A DNA stretch of 64,000 nt from a bacterium BMS3Bbin05. Lineage in GTDB: Bacteria > Nitrospirota > Thermodesulfovibrionia > Thermodesulfovibrionales > BMS3Bbin05. The translations under genes and the position numbers were made by a program. Shown piece by piece: positions 61,268-64,000 of the stretch. A model generated the notes under the pieces. That model ran no database searches and was not told the origin of the DNA. It saw only the letters and a list, made by a program, of their open reading frames with translations. The stretch is taken from assembly GCA_002897855.1 (NCBI GenBank), contig BDTO01000067.1, positions 9,950 to 73,949 on the forward strand. The letters are read 5' to 3'. Each line of letters begins with the position of its first letter. Positions within the stretch are counted from its first letter, which is position 1.

Positions 61268-61761
61268 TGTTTGTCTTTTTCCTTCATCTTCTCATTATGT
61301 TTTCTCACCGTCTCAAACATGAGATAACTTGTATTTAGATGTACAGGTCCGTTCGAAACAATGTCCGGAAGTCCTTCAATAAACTCAAAATAGCCTCTTT
61401 TCCAGTCAAGCATATCGCTGAACAGGATACCGGCCAACTGTTCTATTGCAACCATAAGAAACTCCTTCGGGACAATCCTGTTGTCAATAAGATACAGGGT
61501 AAACGGAATGCCGATGTCCCTGCTTTTAAAAAGGGCATTTTTCATGCTTTCCTCATCTATGTTACCATTGTCTGAAAGGAACTCTCCGAGTCTTTCACCC
61601 TCTTTCCTTGATGACACAAATATTATCCTTCCTTCTCTGAAACAGAAGCATTTTTCTATCTTTTCCTGTGCCATAACCAGCACTCCCGTCTTCCGGTTAA
61701 TCTCTATCCACTGAAACAGATCGATAACTCCCATGGATTTAATATTACCCTTCAGAGACAT
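61264..61761 (-). CDS. DUF4388 (PATAN-like) domain protein
   Basis: LKGNI..M...DLFQW....KTG.L, F.EG.I, RLGEFL, W..GYFEF. Confidence 0.82.
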   Translation of the reverse strand: MSLKGNIKSMGVIDLFQWIEINRKTGVLVMAQEKIEKCFCFREGRIIFVSSRKEGERLGEFLSDNGNIDEESMKNALFKSRDIGIPFTLYLIDNRIVPKEFLMVAIEQLAGILFSDMLDWKRGYFEFIEGLPDIVSNGPVHLNTSYLMFETVRKHNEKMKEKDKQ

Positions 61762-62137
61762 TATTCATCCCCTCCAGTACTACCGACGCTATGCCGAATT
61801 CTTTTTCATGGCTCAGGCTCAAATGAACGCCGCTGATATTCCTTTCAGACAGGAAATTCTTCAACATTCCGTAAAATCTCAGGTAAGGCCTGCCCACATC
61901 CGAGGTTACCACCTCTATATCCCTTAATGACACCTTGATCTCGGAGGATATCGCCTTGATAAGCGCTTCCTTGGCAGCAAATCTCACTGCAAGCGACAGG
62001 AAAGGAACATGTTTTGTATAACAGTACTGAATCTCATTCGCAGTATAGACCTTCCTGAGAAATTCATCTCCCCAGCGTTCAACAGCATCCTGGATTCTGC
62101 TTATCTTGACTATGTCAACACCGATACCGTATATCAT
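61745..62137 (-). CDS. acpS: Holo-ACP synthase
   Basis: [24 protein letters not shown]. Confidence 0.96.
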   Translation of the reverse strand: MIYGIGVDIVKISRIQDAVERWGDEFLRKVYTANEIQYCYTKHVPFLSLAVRFAAKEALIKAISSEIKVSLRDIEVVTSDVGRPYLRFYGMLKNFLSERNISGVHLSLSHEKEFGIASVVLEGMNNVSEG

Positions 62138-62850
62138 CCCGCTCTATCTATCAATTCTCTCATATGTCTTACAGCCTTTTCAAAACCAACAAGCACTGCC
62201 CTTGAGACAATACTGTGGCCGATATATAGTCCCCTCAACCCGTCAATGGACGCAACAGGTTTTACATTAAAATAATCCAGTCCATGGCCGGCATTTGCCG
62301 CCAGGCCATTAGACAGCGCCCTTTTAATTGCATCTTCCACTTTTCCGGCCTCTGCCTCGCGCTCCTCTCCCCGTGCACTGGCATAAGGGCCCGTATGAAT
62401 CTCCACCATATCCGCCCCGGTCTCCTTGGCACGATCTACATCTGTAACATCCGGGTTAATAAACAGGCTTACAGGTATTTGATTATCTTTTAATTTCTTT
62501 ACTGATTCCTTAAGATTGTTAAGATTGGATTTAAGGTCCAAACCTCCTTCGGTTGTAAGTTCCCGGCGTTTTTCAGGCACTATGGTAACCATGTCAGGCC
62601 CGGTATCAATCGCTATAGCTATAATCTCGTCGGTCGCCGCCATCTCTAAATTAAGCTCAACCCTTACAACTTCACGCAGGATACGCAGATCCCTGTCATT
62701 TACATGTCTCCTGTCCTCACGAAGATGAAGAGTAATGCCATCCGCACCGCCAAGAACGGCAAGGGTAGCAGCCATTACAGGATCCGGCTCGTCTCCAAGC
62801 CTTGCCTGTCTGAGAGTTGCAACATGGTCGATATTTACACCGAGAATCAT
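62134..62850 (-). CDS. pdxJ: Pyridoxine 5'-phosphate synthase
   Basis: [39 protein letters not shown]. Confidence 0.97.
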   Translation of the reverse strand: MILGVNIDHVATLRQARLGDEPDPVMAATLAVLGGADGITLHLREDRRHVNDRDLRILREVVRVELNLEMAATDEIIAIAIDTGPDMVTIVPEKRRELTTEGGLDLKSNLNNLKESVKKLKDNQIPVSLFINPDVTDVDRAKETGADMVEIHTGPYASARGEEREAEAGKVEDAIKRALSNGLAANAGHGLDYFNVKPVASIDGLRGLYIGHSIVSRAVLVGFEKAVRHMRELIDRAG

Positions 62851-62945
62851 TATGAATACCTCCAAAATCTATTAATAACAATAAATTATATCATAACTAC
62901 AGGGCAATAACGTATAAAGCTGTTAATGTAAGCATACTCAGCCGT

Positions 62946-64000
62946 TCAATCAACATCACTAAACCTGACCATTGTCCCGGCCTTCTTTCCACCATACCTG
63001 AAAACCGTAATACCCTTACAGCCCTTCTCATAGGCCATCATGAATGCATCGGCTATGTCCTCTTTTTTTGCACTCCGCGGCATATTGATGGTCTTTGAAA
63101 CCGCATTATCCGTATACTTCTGGAACACCGCCTGCATCTCGATATGTATCCTGTAATTGATCTCATGCGCTGTCTTAAAGAGCTTCTTGATTTTTCGGGG
63201 TACATTTTTTATACCTCTGAGGGTTCCGTTACTGATAACTTCATCTTCAAGGTCCTTTGAGTAAAATCCCATCATCTTTGCAACACTGAAGAAATACCTG
63301 TTGACTTCATGAAGCTCTGTCTCAAGTACGTACCTTCTGTAAGATAGTGCAAAATAGGGTTCTATACCACTGGAGCAATCTGCAATTGTCGAGAGTGTAC
63401 CGGTCGGCGCAACAGTGGTTGTAGTTGCATTCCTGACCCTGGGCATATCGTCCCTGTCATAAACCGAACCATAAAAGTTCGGGAAAAGCCCCTTCAATTG
63501 CCCCAGATGTTCAGATTCATCTTTAGATGTTGTATTTATAAACTTCATGACGTCTTCAGCCAGCTTGAGTGCCTTTTTCGAGACATAGGGTATACCCATT
63601 AGAACCAGCATATCCGCCCATCCCATAACCCCCAGACCTATCTTCCTGTTTCCCTTGTGCATCTGCTCTATGTCCTGCAGGGGATACTTGTTAACATCGA
63701 TACAGTCGTCAAGGAATCTTACAGCTGTGCGTACATCATTCCCGAGAGCGTCAAAATTCACGTATGGACTACCGGCATCAGATTCAAGAACCGAATTTCC
63801 GACATAAATCGAAAGGTTAAGGGAACCGAGGATACATGCCTCATAAGGCAGCAAGGGCTGTTCACCGCAGGGATTGGTGCTCTCTATCTCACCGAATTGC
63901 GGTGTCGGGTTATCCCTGTTAATCCTGTCTATAAACACAAGCCCGGGGTCTCCGGTCAGCCAGGCGCTTTCCACGATTTCGTTAAAAACATCGGCTGCCC
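62946..64000 (-). CDS. nrdJ: Adenosylcobalamin-dependent (class II) ribonucleotide reductase, 3' part; 5' end outside the window
   Basis: GDPG..F.D, TNPCGEQPL, CILGSLNL, RKIGLGVMG, APTGT, SKTIN, KG.TVFR. Confidence 0.9.
   Translation of the reverse strand, partial: AADVFNEIVESAWLTGDPGLVFIDRINRDNPTPQFGEIESTNPCGEQPLLPYEACILGSLNLSIYVGNSVLESDAGSPYVNFDALGNDVRTAVRFLDDCIDVNKYPLQDIEQMHKGNRKIGLGVMGWADMLVLMGIPYVSKKALKLAEDVMKFINTTSKDESEHLGQLKGLFPNFYGSVYDRDDMPRVRNATTTTVAPTGTLSTIADCSSGIEPYFALSYRRYVLETELHEVNRYFFSVAKMMGFYSKDLEDEVISNGTLRGIKNVPRKIKKLFKTAHEINYRIHIEMQAVFQKYTDNAVSKTINMPRSAKKEDIADAFMMAYEKGCKGITVFRYGGKKAGTMVRFSDVD

Overview
About 55 mostly housekeeping genes from a roughly 45% GC (by eye) bacterium. 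Gene content and order suggest an anaerobe of the Nitrospirota (Thermodesulfovibrionia-like) or a deltaproteobacteria-like lineage; this is inference only. Core genes: purM, rnr, csp, folP, ftsH, rdgB-rph-murI, xseAB, HU, ssrA/smpB, apgM, udg, nadK, tsaE, pgeF, nnr, acpS, pdxJ and a partial nrdJ. Highlights: (1) a complete candidate bacterial ceramide pathway (CerR-Spt-bCerS) facing an Aur1/IPC-synthase-like PAP2 gene; (2) a selenocysteine-containing formate dehydrogenase fdnGHI, which the ORF track splits at the UGA, with a SECIS-like hairpin; (3) a dense set of nested intergenic repeats: about 140-185 bp MITE-like shells with at least five different terminal inverted repeats, all carrying the same inward-facing GTCAY...RTGAC hairpin doublet, themselves interrupted by 15-29 bp mini-palindromes (empty and filled alleles both visible), with a RAYT-like transposase remnant beside tmRNA; (4) a Nudix gene without a canonical start, in frame behind a single UGA; (5) unannotated pseudogene remnants (cytochrome c peroxidase, YVTN propeller). 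No CRISPR array, rRNA or tRNA was seen. All family calls come from reading motifs by eye; no searches were run.
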